A stretch of DNA of 64,000 nucleotides, taken from a virus. This document shows positions 17,978 to 27,666 of this stretch, piece after piece. Positions within the stretch are counted from its first letter, which is position 1. Each line of letters starts with the position of its first letter. Location of the stretch: IMG/VR virus record IMGVR_UViG_3300023199_000127, positions 64,001 to 128,000 of that record. One strand, written 5' to 3'. Both the position numbers and the translations under genes were made by a program. The notes beneath the pieces are model-generated. The model saw only the letters and a program-made list of their open reading frames with translations. It did not search any database and had not been told where the DNA came from.

Positions 17978-19129
17978 ATGGACAAGCGTACGCGTAAGGC
18001 ACTCGCAAAGAAATTCCCGGAGGAGATGAAGCGTAGCTTCCTCTGCACTTCGGGAGATGAGGAGAAGTTGGCTCTTCTCCAGTTCCGGGACAAGAACGAG
18101 ATTCCGGAACCCTCTCCCAAGGAGAGGGTGCAGACTGACATCCAGATGCGCACCCTCGAGCAGAAAAACAAGAAGCTCTCGAAGCACAACCGTGATCTGG
18201 TGGACCAGTTCCGGGAAATGCAGGAGCAGATGGATGTGATGTCTATGCTGCCTAAGCCCCAGCGGGTGAAGACCGGCATTAAGTCGCGTCATGGCGCAGG
18301 TGTGGATGAGGCAGTCGCAGTCTTCGTGACTAGCGACTGGCACATCGAAGAGCAGGTTGATCCCTCTACGATCAGCGGCATGAACGAGTACACTCCTGAG
18401 ATCGCCGGAAAGCGTCTCACCAAGATGTGGGAGAGCGCTCTCCGCTGTGTTGATAAGGAGCGTAGTATCTCCAAGATCGACACCATGGTTTGCGCTGTCA
18501 TCGGAGACCTTATCACCGGCTTCATTCATGATGAGCTGGTGGAGAGTAACTGGCTGCACCCGCTCGAGGCTCTCGAGCTGGCACAGAACCATTTGATCGA
18601 TGGACTGTCCTTCCTTGCTGATCACGGCAAGTTCAAGGAAATCGTGGTTCCCTGCTGTTTCGGCAACCATGGTCGTACTACGACCAAGCGCCGCGTCTCT
18701 ACGGCTGCGAAGAACAACTACGAGTGGTTCATGTACCGACAGGTCGCGAAGTACTTCGAGGGAGACAAGCGCTTCCGCTTCCTCCTGACGGATGGCTACT
18801 TCATCACCGAGGACATCATGGACACTCGTGTCCGGTTCCACCACGGAGATAACGTGCGCTACTACGGTGGAGTTGGTGGTCTCACCATTCCCCTGAACAA
18901 GTCGATCCAGCAGTGGAACAAGAACAACCCGCGTCCTGCAGACTATGATGTGCTGGGGCATTACCACCAGCTACAGTTCACGCCGGACGCAATGATCAAT
19001 GGCAGTGTCGTTGGATACAACCCGTACGCCCTGTCTATCAAGGCACGCTACGAGCCGCCCCAACAGGGTCTGTTCCTCGTGGCCAAGGATCATGGCCCCA
19101 CGTGCTTTAACCGCGTGTGGGTGGAGTAG
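17978..19129 (+). CDS. Calcineurin-like metallophosphoesterase/nuclease with N-terminal coiled coil
   Basis: SDWH, IGDLI, GNHG, FHHGD, LGHYH motifs. Confidence 0.8.
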   Translation: MDKRTRKALAKKFPEEMKRSFLCTSGDEEKLALLQFRDKNEIPEPSPKERVQTDIQMRTLEQKNKKLSKHNRDLVDQFREMQEQMDVMSMLPKPQRVKTGIKSRHGAGVDEAVAVFVTSDWHIEEQVDPSTISGMNEYTPEIAGKRLTKMWESALRCVDKERSISKIDTMVCAVIGDLITGFIHDELVESNWLHPLEALELAQNHLIDGLSFLADHGKFKEIVVPCCFGNHGRTTTKRRVSTAAKNNYEWFMYRQVAKYFEGDKRFRFLLTDGYFITEDIMDTRVRFHHGDNVRYYGGVGGLTIPLNKSIQQWNKNNPRPADYDVLGHYHQLQFTPDAMINGSVVGYNPYALSIKARYEPPQQGLFLVAKDHGPTCFNRVWVE

Positions 19130-19137
19130 GTAAACTG

Positions 19138-19575
19138 ATGCCCTCTACGGAGGGTATCACGCCATCTACCCCCAGCTGCAGGCCCCCGGGGGTGGTCCCC
19201 GGGGTGCCTGTCAGCGCTGGAGAAGAGATGAACGAAGAAACTGAATTCAACCCTGAGCCCAACGAAGATCGCATCAAGCTAGCCGACAAAGCTCGTGAAG
19301 AGTTCGAGGCCATGCTTGCTCTCATTTCTGACGAGCATCTTGATGCCATGGTGAACACTCTCGAAAAGGCCACGTTGGACTTTGCTAGGCACAACATACT
19401 CGCTTACGCCCTACTTGAGCGGAATGGGCTCGACAATATGGGCATGGCCCTAGGCCATATCATCGCCAGCTTCCAGGATCTGGGGGCAAGAATGATCAAC
19501 GATCTGGATACCGACGAGGAGACCTACGATCCTACTTGGCGTGGACGTCCTCGATCCACTCACCGTGAGGCGTAG
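19138..19575 (+). CDS. Hypothetical acidic helical protein
   Basis: ATG 19138 has TAGGT upstream; alternative ATG at 19228. Confidence 0.55.
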   Translation: MPSTEGITPSTPSCRPPGVVPGVPVSAGEEMNEETEFNPEPNEDRIKLADKAREEFEAMLALISDEHLDAMVNTLEKATLDFARHNILAYALLERNGLDNMGMALGHIIASFQDLGARMINDLDTDEETYDPTWRGRPRSTHREA

Positions 19576-19584
19576 AATTACAGC

Positions 19585-22467
19585 ATGGGAATCGCGAAGC
19601 GGCAGTTCGACACTCTGACGGCTGATGGCGTCCTGGAGGCACTCCAGGCCGGCCGTATGCCCTCTCTCCGTGAGCTGGCTGCGGGAGTCTCCAAGCTGAC
19701 AGAACGCCCTGACGGGCCTGGTATGCCCCTTATGAGGGTGCGTCCGCAGGCTCGCCGGCGCCAATGGGACGTGGAGGGGTTCAATAAGACCCTCACGGAG
19801 CTCGAATTCGACCTGTCCCTCTTCTTCGAGGAAACCCTAGCGCTGGGTAATGAGATCCTGGCACGTCACAATTTCCAGATGGCGTCCTATAGATCCCAGA
19901 GCCGGCAGCTAGAAAAGCTGCTCGGCTCACTGGACAACTTGCTGTTTGTCACGAAGAATGCTGACGATCGGTTCTTTGGATTGTTCGACAACTTCGCAGA
20001 TCTCAGCAAGCTTAACCTGGATCTGACTACAAAGGACTGCATCGATCTAGATGAGCAGGTGGCTCTACTGCCTGCTGGATTGCAGTCTGCTAGGAAACTG
20101 GAGATGACCCATCTGTTCTCCAAGGCTACCTGGGGTGTGACCCCGTCGGTGACCGAGGGAGTCCGGGTGCTCAATAACAAGGCGGGAGCGGATGCACCGT
20201 TTGGTAACGCGTTCCAGGACCTCGTGAATGTCTGGCGTCAAGACGTGGTGGTGGACCGGCCTGTGCCGGTGACTATAGAGTTCACTGTTCCCATTTCCGG
20301 GATCAAGACTCAGCAGGTGTCGATTACGCGGGTAAAGCTCGCTCCGCATCTGACCCGGCCAATGAAGGTACAGGTTTTGACCAGTACTGATGGCGTCAAC
20401 TTCCTCAGTCTCGGGGAGGCTATGGTTCTGAAGCGTACTGATCGTGTGAGAAACCTCGACGTCCCGAGCACCCGGGTTCGCTTGGTCCGATTCAAGTGTA
20501 CACTGGATACACCTGACGAGCAGCTAGAGGATGGAAACTATCGGTACTCGTTTGGCTTCCAGCATATTGGCTTCTACACAATGGGGCGTGCTACACAAGC
20601 TGAGCTAGTGTCTGTAGCCGACAGGCCGCAGAACATGTCTGGACCCATCTCCAAGGTGTCTCTGGTGGCTGAGGAAGATATCCCTGCTGGATGCCAGATC
20701 GACTACTTTGTAGCCAGGGCGAACGCTGATGGCGATCGCCTGGATGACTGGCGTCCTATCTCTCCACAGAATCGTGGTGTTGCAGAACATCCTTTGGTTA
20801 TCGAGTTTGCCCAGGCTAATACTGTGCGTCGGCTCATCAGAGCCGATAGCGCACAGGTACATAGCACCCGTAAGAGTGCTAGTTTCTATAGGCTGGAGCC
20901 CGACAGTCTTCTGACTGAGGACATCATCTTTGGATCTGCCAAGCTCCTGCGTGGCAGGAATGCATGGGTGCGTAATACCCGACGGGATCGCATTCTTCGA
21001 TCCGTGAACGATGCCTACATCTCATTTAATGACGGAAACACGCAGAACATCTATGCGGTAGTCAAGGAAGTCGCCTCAATCTCCGCGAAGGACTACAACG
21101 ATGAAGCTGTGAGCTGGCTTGAGATCGACCAGGTTGTAGACTACAACGCTGCTCTGATGGATCTCATCCCTGGTGACAACGTCGACGTGAATACGGATCA
21201 GACTCCGAACTATGCGGTCTACTCTGTAAAGCGATTCCGTCAGACCATGTCTATCTCCAATGAGGAGATTACTCTGACTGGTCTTGCCCTGCAGAGCCTG
21301 GCTCATCCCAAGATCATTCGCACTGGTGCCTCCGCACCAGTGGTTACGAATGATGCAAGTACTGTCACGTACACAGAGGGTGTTGACTATGTCTTCCAAG
21401 AAGATGCGAATGGTGCAATCCAGATCAAGCGTGCATCTGGAACCACCATTAGCTCCGGTGCTACGGTCAAGGTGTCATACACCATTGACCCCGACATCAC
21501 CTCGCTAGTCGAGGCGGTTTACCAGAACAACGTGATTCTTAAGGTGAACTTGGAGGCTGAGGACGATGAGCGCTTCGAGGTCCAGTACCGCTTTGTTCCG
21601 ACGGGCGCCAATGAAATCGTGAAGAGCACCATTAAGGTGACTGAAAAGTATGGCCCCGACTCTGGCAAGCAGTACAACGAAGGCCCCGACTACGCTATTG
21701 ATCTCATCAACGGCAAGATCACTCGTGTCCCCCAAGGTGATATCCAGGGTGCTGGTGCAGACGCGGATGCCCAGATTGCTGCCTATGTAGACTTCAAGTA
21801 CATCGAGACTCCGAAGGTCCTAGACACTTTCTCGGCCTGGGTGTATGTAGAGAGCTCTACTCCTGTACAGTTTGAATTCAGCTCGCTCAGCCTCGACACC
21901 GAGGCCGGTGAGCGTGTGACCATTCTAACTGGTGGGGAAACCCAGGACATCTCGGAGCTCACAGAGAGCCCCGAGTTGCCCAATGGGTGGCACCAGGTCA
22001 TCGTCAAGTCCAAGGATCCCGACTCGTTCTCTGATGCCGCGATCCGCAAGATCACTGCTCTCTTCGACACGGACAATAACCCCGTGTTCTTGGCTGGTGG
22101 CAGATACTTCAGCCGGCTTACTGCTGAAAGACAGCCGATGCGTCAGGTCACCATCGAGTTCCTGCGTACTGCAGTGCTCCCTCAGGACCACACAGCTTTT
22201 GCCATCGACAATGATGGCTCTGTGGTGGTCAATTTCGAACCTGGTGCAACCAGCGACTTGTTTCTCTATGGTCTCCGCTACTCTCCTTCTACTGAAACCT
22301 ATGCTGCAGGTACTTTCGATGAAGAGTTCGATCTGGAATACAGATACCGGATCACCAACGCAGAGACTACGCAAAATATCATGTTCCGAGCCCTTCTCTC
22401 CCGTCGATCCAGTGCGGACAACGGGCTAACCCCGAAGCTTCGTCAGTACGCCCTAAGGATCGGGTAG
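19585..22467 (+). CDS. Virion protein paralog C
   Basis: 960 aa; FDNFADLS, YRYSFGFQHI, IDYFVA, TPKLRQYAL shared with paralogs A and B. Confidence 0.6.
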   Translation: MGIAKRQFDTLTADGVLEALQAGRMPSLRELAAGVSKLTERPDGPGMPLMRVRPQARRRQWDVEGFNKTLTELEFDLSLFFEETLALGNEILARHNFQMASYRSQSRQLEKLLGSLDNLLFVTKNADDRFFGLFDNFADLSKLNLDLTTKDCIDLDEQVALLPAGLQSARKLEMTHLFSKATWGVTPSVTEGVRVLNNKAGADAPFGNAFQDLVNVWRQDVVVDRPVPVTIEFTVPISGIKTQQVSITRVKLAPHLTRPMKVQVLTSTDGVNFLSLGEAMVLKRTDRVRNLDVPSTRVRLVRFKCTLDTPDEQLEDGNYRYSFGFQHIGFYTMGRATQAELVSVADRPQNMSGPISKVSLVAEEDIPAGCQIDYFVARANADGDRLDDWRPISPQNRGVAEHPLVIEFAQANTVRRLIRADSAQVHSTRKSASFYRLEPDSLLTEDIIFGSAKLLRGRNAWVRNTRRDRILRSVNDAYISFNDGNTQNIYAVVKEVASISAKDYNDEAVSWLEIDQVVDYNAALMDLIPGDNVDVNTDQTPNYAVYSVKRFRQTMSISNEEITLTGLALQSLAHPKIIRTGASAPVVTNDASTVTYTEGVDYVFQEDANGAIQIKRASGTTISSGATVKVSYTIDPDITSLVEAVYQNNVILKVNLEAEDDERFEVQYRFVPTGANEIVKSTIKVTEKYGPDSGKQYNEGPDYAIDLINGKITRVPQGDIQGAGADADAQIAAYVDFKYIETPKVLDTFSAWVYVESSTPVQFEFSSLSLDTEAGERVTILTGGETQDISELTESPELPNGWHQVIVKSKDPDSFSDAAIRKITALFDTDNNPVFLAGGRYFSRLTAERQPMRQVTIEFLRTAVLPQDHTAFAIDNDGSVVVNFEPGATSDLFLYGLRYSPSTETYAAGTFDEEFDLEYRYRITNAETTQNIMFRALLSRRSSADNGLTPKLRQYALRIG

Positions 22468-22479
22468 ACTGGAGTCCCA

Positions 22480-23820
22480 ATGAGCAATCCGAGCGATATC
22501 GAGCTGTTCTTTACGCCCTCCATTGAGCGGGCTCGTTTCCCCTACCAGGGAACGATCCATTCCAAGGTTCTTGATGGCCTGGCAGAGCAGGCAGGCAATG
22601 ACCTAATTGGTCTTGGCGCTCTCCACAATGCTCTGGTGAGCCGCGTGTCCGCACAGGACGCCGCGGCACACCGTGACGTGAAGTTCCTCGCCAAGCAAGT
22701 GAGTGACCTCATGGAGGAGCTCAAGTACCAGCGACAGGTGCGTTCCGAAAATGGTGTTCGTATCACCAACTGGCACACCTTCCGTGACACTGGCCCCATC
22801 AGCTTCCTCTCCGGCACCCCTTTGAGCCGGCGAGCAATGGTGGACGGTTTGTTCGGGGAGGCTACGGTGCCCCTGAACGCTATCCAGTCCAAGTTCTACA
22901 GCACCAGCCCTCGCACGGGTCGAATCATCCCCGATGATGACTTGTCGATCGATGTGACTGGCTCGTTCGATAAACAGGATGGCGATGGTGTAGTTGATCG
23001 GGAATACACCAGCCAGCAGACGCGGTTGGACGAGGGCACCCCGTCATACGCCTTCAATGGCACTAACCTTGACCGGTGGGTCCGTCGGATCGAGTTCGAT
23101 CTCGACTCCGACGTGGACTCAGTGGAGACTCAGATCACCGTTCGTGTGCCCCCGAGCCAGAACCCGGAGTCCAACGTCCTGACCATCAACCCGCATCCGG
23201 TGGGCTGCATCGACATCCTTGGTCTGTTCACCGCCCCGGACCTCTCGGACTCATTCACACAGGTTTCCAGCTTCTCTTCAGTGGAGAGTACGTGGGCCCG
23301 TAGATGGTTCTTCCCTGCAGCGCAGGTGCAGCAGATCCGTATCTGGCTGCGCCAGCGCAACTGGGTGGAAGAGAACGGTAAGAAGGTCTTCTACATTGGC
23401 GCCGAAGAGATCGGTCTCTTCCTTGCTGACTGGGACAAGACCTATGAGGCCGCTGGTGAGCTCACGGACAATCACTCTGTGGTCACGCGCGTCGACGCTC
23501 CCTCTGGCTACCGATTTGCCACTCTGCACAACTTCCGCACGGATCCCTTCTTCACTCTCGAAGACGATGGTAGCCGGCATCTGCACTTCCAGATTGCTAC
23601 TGACGAAGCATTCACCAACGTGGTATGGGATTCCGACTCAGACGCCCTGCCCCAGACCCTGTCCCAGGGCCTGGCACTGGGCGGCACCTCTGGTGTTCTC
23701 TATGTACTCAGCACCCTGAACTGGGTGCAGTCGAGCGGTGGGGTCAGCTCCCCGTTCGAGGTCAACACTCCGCCGTACCTCCGAGGCTTCGGTCTCGAGA
23801 CGTCGGTGGTGGAGGAGTAA
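22480..23820 (+). CDS. Virion protein, distant discoidin-like paralog
   Basis: 446 aa; AFNGTNLDRW, IRIWLRQ, FYIGAEEI, TPPYLRGF echo the family motifs. Confidence 0.55.
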   Translation: MSNPSDIELFFTPSIERARFPYQGTIHSKVLDGLAEQAGNDLIGLGALHNALVSRVSAQDAAAHRDVKFLAKQVSDLMEELKYQRQVRSENGVRITNWHTFRDTGPISFLSGTPLSRRAMVDGLFGEATVPLNAIQSKFYSTSPRTGRIIPDDDLSIDVTGSFDKQDGDGVVDREYTSQQTRLDEGTPSYAFNGTNLDRWVRRIEFDLDSDVDSVETQITVRVPPSQNPESNVLTINPHPVGCIDILGLFTAPDLSDSFTQVSSFSSVESTWARRWFFPAAQVQQIRIWLRQRNWVEENGKKVFYIGAEEIGLFLADWDKTYEAAGELTDNHSVVTRVDAPSGYRFATLHNFRTDPFFTLEDDGSRHLHFQIATDEAFTNVVWDSDSDALPQTLSQGLALGGTSGVLYVLSTLNWVQSSGGVSSPFEVNTPPYLRGFGLETSVVEE

Positions 23821-23821
23821 T

Positions 23822-24052
23822 ATGCCCCTAATCCCCGACGATGAAGCTGCCGACCTGCTCGCACGTCACCAGCAGCTCGAGACTATCGTAGCTAGCATGA
23901 TGAAGACTGCAGCTGCTACGACCCAGATCAGCAACGTGTCCACAGAGATCGCCACGGAGGCCGCCAAGCTGGACGCGCTACGTGTGCGGCTCAATGCCGC
24001 ACTCGAGCGCCAGAATGACCACGAGGATCGCCTGGCTGCACTGGAAGCATAA
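23822..24052 (+). CDS. 76-aa coiled-coil protein
   Basis: MPLIPDD..HEDRLAALEA; TAATG overlap. Confidence 0.65.
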   Translation: MPLIPDDEAADLLARHQQLETIVASMMKTAAATTQISNVSTEIATEAAKLDALRVRLNAALERQNDHEDRLAALEA

Positions 24053-24264
24053 TGAGTGCTGCAGCAATCCGTGCTATCCAAACCACCGCACGTAAGACGT
24101 GGGGGACCTACCTGCAACAGCAGGACCTCCGCGATGTACTGCGGCGCAAGCGCCGCACACTGGAGGACATTCGTGAAAAGCGACGAGAGCTCGAAAAAGC
24201 AGTTGACCGACTCGAAAAGAGACTCGAGTCCGCAGACGCACGAATCACGGCACTCGAGCCTTAG
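24052..24264 (+). CDS. 70-aa coiled-coil protein
   Basis: Heptads ending RITALEP, similar to the upstream RLAALEA. Confidence 0.65.
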   Translation: MSAAAIRAIQTTARKTWGTYLQQQDLRDVLRRKRRTLEDIREKRRELEKAVDRLEKRLESADARITALEP

Positions 24265-24514
24265 GCTCCCGCCGGCTTCAGATGAGATTGACTGGGGCCT
24301 GGTCTCTACCAGGGAGCTCATCAAGGCTCTGAAGAAGCGCTGTGACGGCCTGATCCTCATCACGTACGAGCACAACAATGGTGAGGACTACGAGGGTGAC
24401 TTCAGCTATCACGGGTCTAAGACGATCCTGAGAGGCCTCAGGGACACCCTGATGGACGACCTCGCCCGGTTCTTCGGTGAGCTGCCTTCATACGACGACG
24501 AGGAGACGGCCTAG
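24173..24514 (+). CDS. Hypothetical protein
   Basis: GGAGG 6 nt before GTG 24173; C-terminal 77 aa have normal codon usage. Confidence 0.5.
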   Translation: MKSDESSKKQLTDSKRDSSPQTHESRHSSLRLPPASDEIDWGLVSTRELIKALKKRCDGLILITYEHNNGEDYEGDFSYHGSKTILRGLRDTLMDDLARFFGELPSYDDEETA

Positions 24515-24680
24515 GCTCGCTTTGTCGGCCTTTACCCCCTCGTGGTACCTGTTCGGGTGAAATGCTCTCACAAAGCCTTCTAGAGGGTCTGGTAGTACCG
24601 AACTGATCCCTAACATATTGTGCCTGCAGGCATGTTAGTAAAGGAAAGGCACCCTCTCCTTTCATAAGCCGGCCGCTATG

Positions 24681-24914
24681 TTAGCTATCCTTCTTTAGCA
24701 TGAAGACGAAGGAGCCCTTGTACTCTCCTTCAATCTTGATGCGACCGCGCACTCCTCCATCGACTGGCTCCACTCTGATATCCCCCTGCTCTGCTTGGAA
24801 GTACTCATTGAGATACTGACCCAGAGCATGGATGAAGGTGTTGAGTGCCTCGACATTGGCATTAGGAGAACCCGCTTTAATGGTCTCTTGGAAGGTTTTG
24901 GAATCATGAATCAT
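24681..24914 (-). CDS. Hypothetical protein
   Basis: 77 aa; overlap with the upstream gene. Confidence 0.6.
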   Translation of the reverse strand: MIHDSKTFQETIKAGSPNANVEALNTFIHALGQYLNEYFQAEQGDIRVEPVDGGVRGRIKIEGEYKGSFVFMLKKDS

Positions 24915-25207
24915 GAGGAAGAGTCAGGCGACTCGCCATCCCCATTGGGATGGCGAGTGCTTTGATTGTTGATAGTATGAATGGCCCGGGATCGGTGATA
25001 ATCTTCTGCTCGGGCCTCCCTTGCCTTCGTCACCGCAATAGATATCATCACCTGTTGTACCACCCTGCCCAAGATGTAGGGCAACCAGATCATGATGAAG
25101 CACCAGGCAGTAACGCTCGGCTTATAGCCCCCAGACATCCAGAGGGCAACGATCAGCAAGATCGTGCCCTCTACCAGGGCCCAGAGGAACTGGCGTTGTC
25201 TATCCAT
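24911..25207 (-). CDS. Small two-TM membrane protein
   Basis: Two hydrophobic segments (FLWALV..WMS; AWCFIMIWLPYIL). Confidence 0.55.
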   Translation of the reverse strand: MDRQRQFLWALVEGTILLIVALWMSGGYKPSVTAWCFIMIWLPYILGRVVQQVMISIAVTKAREARAEDYHRSRAIHTINNQSTRHPNGDGESPDSSS

Positions 25208-25793
25208 AGCGCTTAATCTTTCCACCAGGGAGGATGATGCCATCCACTAGGCCCCATTCTAGCACCTCTTCAGCCAGGGCGTAGGTGTCCAGTCCCTTGC
25301 CGCGGCGATTGGCCTGGCCGAACCACCACAGGTAGTTCTTGTTCGTCCGCTCAGCCATAGCCTTGGCATAGAGCTTCTCCATCTTCTCGTAGTGCTCCAT
25401 GGTGACCTTGGCGTTATTGTGCCGCTCCTCCAGTCCATAGCTCTCTTCGTGGAACATGAACTGGGTGTGGGGATAGCAGAAGCGCTCGTCGCCGGCCGCA
25501 AGGACGAGCGGCGCAGCGCTCATGATCTTGCCAATGGCAGTGACACGGATCGTGTGCTGGTGGGAGCTGCGGATAGCATCATATGCAGCCCACATCTCGT
25601 ACTGGTCACCCCCACAGGAGCTCAAAACCACGTCGATAGGGTCATTTCCATGAGACTTCAGGATCTCAAGACCCATGACGAACTGGCTGATGCTGTCCTC
25701 GTCGACATCGCCCCACAAAAACAGCCTCCTGTCCCGAAAATTCAGGCCATAGGAGAAATAGTTGTCGATGTAATCGGGTGCTAGTCGCGCCAT
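25200..25793 (-). CDS. clpP: ClpP-like serine protease subunit
   Basis: RRLFLWGDVD, SCGG, GKIMSAA (catalytic Ser), MFHE (His), EWGLVD; GGAGG SD. Confidence 0.9.
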   Translation of the reverse strand: MARLAPDYIDNYFSYGLNFRDRRLFLWGDVDEDSISQFVMGLEILKSHGNDPIDVVLSSCGGDQYEMWAAYDAIRSSHQHTIRVTAIGKIMSAAPLVLAAGDERFCYPHTQFMFHEESYGLEERHNNAKVTMEHYEKMEKLYAKAMAERTNKNYLWWFGQANRRGKGLDTYALAEEVLEWGLVDGIILPGGKIKRYG

Positions 25794-25811
25794 TGGATCC
25801 TCCTCGGATCT

Positions 25812-25820
25812 AGTGTACCA
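25812..25820 (-). promoter_or_regulatory. Putative extended -10 promoter (TGGTACACT)
   Basis: TGn+TACACT upstream of the clpP SD; identical 9-mer upstream of tRNA-Asn. Confidence 0.5.
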
Positions 25821-25920
25821 TCAGAGGGGGTGAAAAAAGATAAGTGGTTACACGACAATGGTTTACGCCATTTCTGTGTCTTATCTGAGATGCGGAGCCG
25901 AAATAGAGTGTGAGGTGCCC

Positions 25921-26103
25921 ATGGAAAGGCTACAATGGAGATGTGCGGCATTTTACCGCATTATGGGTCCAGAGGACGAGGAACAGATCGTACTACATAG
26001 AAATCTCTACGTATATACCTGTGGTAACCCAGATCCAGCTTCATTGATCTGCAACGGTTCCATCAGAGTACCGTTAGCTGCTCACATGAGAAGGCTAAGG
26101 TGA
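25921..26103 (+). CDS. Hypothetical protein (60 aa)
   Basis: GAGGT SD before ATG 25921. Confidence 0.45.
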   Translation: MERLQWRCAAFYRIMGPEDEEQIVLHRNLYVYTCGNPDPASLICNGSIRVPLAAHMRRLR

Positions 26104-26110
26104 GTTCCTA

Positions 26111-26497
26111 ATGGCAAAAATTACCTCTCTACCCACACTGAGACTCAGTGTCGTACGAGGCATCACGTTCTTCCTGGAACATCCTGTCACCAATGATGAT
26201 GCTGTAGGCGAAGTCTACTTGCCGGAAGAACTCGTGATAGATGAATTGCGCGCAGTTGTGCGCGACGGCATTACCCCGTCCGTCACCTTTACCCTACGCT
26301 TTGCATCAGACAGAAATGCTGCCGGCATAGAAGTGGTTACAGGCGGAAGCATTATCACGAGCCAGCAGGGCCAGAGTATCTCTCTGCTAGACAACGACAC
26401 GATCCCAGCGGGATCGTGGGTCTGGCTTGAGATCATTAACGCCACCACTGGTGTTGACCTTCCCGAATCCTTCAGCGTTACTATCGTAGGCCAATAA
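26111..26497 (+). CDS. Small beta-sandwich virion-like protein
   Basis: 128 aa; SVTFTL..TIPAGSWVWLEI pattern. Confidence 0.55.
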   Translation: MAKITSLPTLRLSVVRGITFFLEHPVTNDDAVGEVYLPEELVIDELRAVVRDGITPSVTFTLRFASDRNAAGIEVVTGGSIITSQQGQSISLLDNDTIPAGSWVWLEIINATTGVDLPESFSVTIVGQ

Positions 26498-26499
26498 CC

Positions 26500-27666
26500 A
26501 TGGCTACGATACTCACTAATGGGATCATTGCCCGTGCAGAGGCTGACACATGGGCTCATGCATTTCAAAGTCCCAACATCACGCCCTACCAAGACCCCAG
26601 TCTGATCATGGGCAACTTCTTCATTGGCCTGCAATCGACCATATTCTGGAAGTTCACAGGGCACGGCATTCCTCGAGGTGCTCAGATAGAATCTGCTCTC
26701 ATCGACATGGATGCCGCATTCACTAGTGGTGTCGGCACCAAAGCATCTCGCTTTACTATCTCAGACATGTCTGGCCATAGATCAGAGGCGTTGCTCGATA
26801 ACACCTTTGGTCCCGCCTGGAGAGCAATGCTATGGGGAAGGTTTAAGGTCATTCTGCGTAACAGCCCATCCTCTATTATCACTGACACTCTGCCATCTAT
26901 CGCTACGAATGGCGCCTGGGCCATTCGCTGGCAGAACAACTCTGCCGGTGGTGTCATGAACGACCAAATGGCTCAGCGTATCACGCTTGGAGCCTCTCCG
27001 GGTGTCCTTGGATCTGCTCAGCTCCAGCTCAACAGAGTTGGAGCTCCGGCAGGCAACATGCAGGTGCAGATTGCTGCTGTGACGACTGTAAATGGACTCA
27101 CGGTCCCAGGGTCTATCCTGGCAAGCTCCAACACCATCACAGCTTCCAGTATTCCCCTGACGCCAGGCCTTGTGACCTTCAACTTCTCTGGGGCCAACCA
27201 GATCTCGTTGCCGGCGAACACTGATGTGTTCTTGATCCTTCGGTCTACGCTACCCTACAACGTGGACGGAACGAACTTCATTAACTGGCACCAGCAACGA
27301 GCATTCTTTGGAGCGGGTGGTGGCCGACACTATGGCACCGGCGTGGACTTTGACTTCCAGAACTTCCCTGGTGCAGCTGATGTCTACCAGGTGCAATCTG
27401 TAGAAGGCCTTACCCCAACAGTGCCCTGGGATACGCCCCCATTCACGGCTGGCAATACCTACCAAAGCCCTGACCTAACTGCATTGGTTCAACACGCGGT
27501 TAGTAGACCCACATACAACGATGGGGGACCCATCGTTGTATCGTGGATACCAACCAACACGAATAATTTGAACAGACGGATCGCATCATTCAACCACCCA
27601 ACATTGAACTCTGCTGAATTGGTAGTGACCTATCGCCAGCGCCGCATATGGACGATGATCTCATGA
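26500..27666 (+). CDS. Virion-like beta protein (DNRLRE-like termini)
   Basis: IPRGAQIESALI ... SPDLTALVQ..RP ... ELVVTY. Confidence 0.5.
   Translation: MATILTNGIIARAEADTWAHAFQSPNITPYQDPSLIMGNFFIGLQSTIFWKFTGHGIPRGAQIESALIDMDAAFTSGVGTKASRFTISDMSGHRSEALLDNTFGPAWRAMLWGRFKVILRNSPSSIITDTLPSIATNGAWAIRWQNNSAGGVMNDQMAQRITLGASPGVLGSAQLQLNRVGAPAGNMQVQIAAVTTVNGLTVPGSILASSNTITASSIPLTPGLVTFNFSGANQISLPANTDVFLILRSTLPYNVDGTNFINWHQQRAFFGAGGGRHYGTGVDFDFQNFPGAADVYQVQSVEGLTPTVPWDTPPFTAGNTYQSPDLTALVQHAVSRPTYNDGGPIVVSWIPTNTNNLNRRIASFNHPTLNSAELVVTYRQRRIWTMIS

Noticed and set aside
24056-24514. Programmed frameshift from the 70-aa ORF
   Set aside because: GGAGG + GTG at 24173 gives a simpler independent start.
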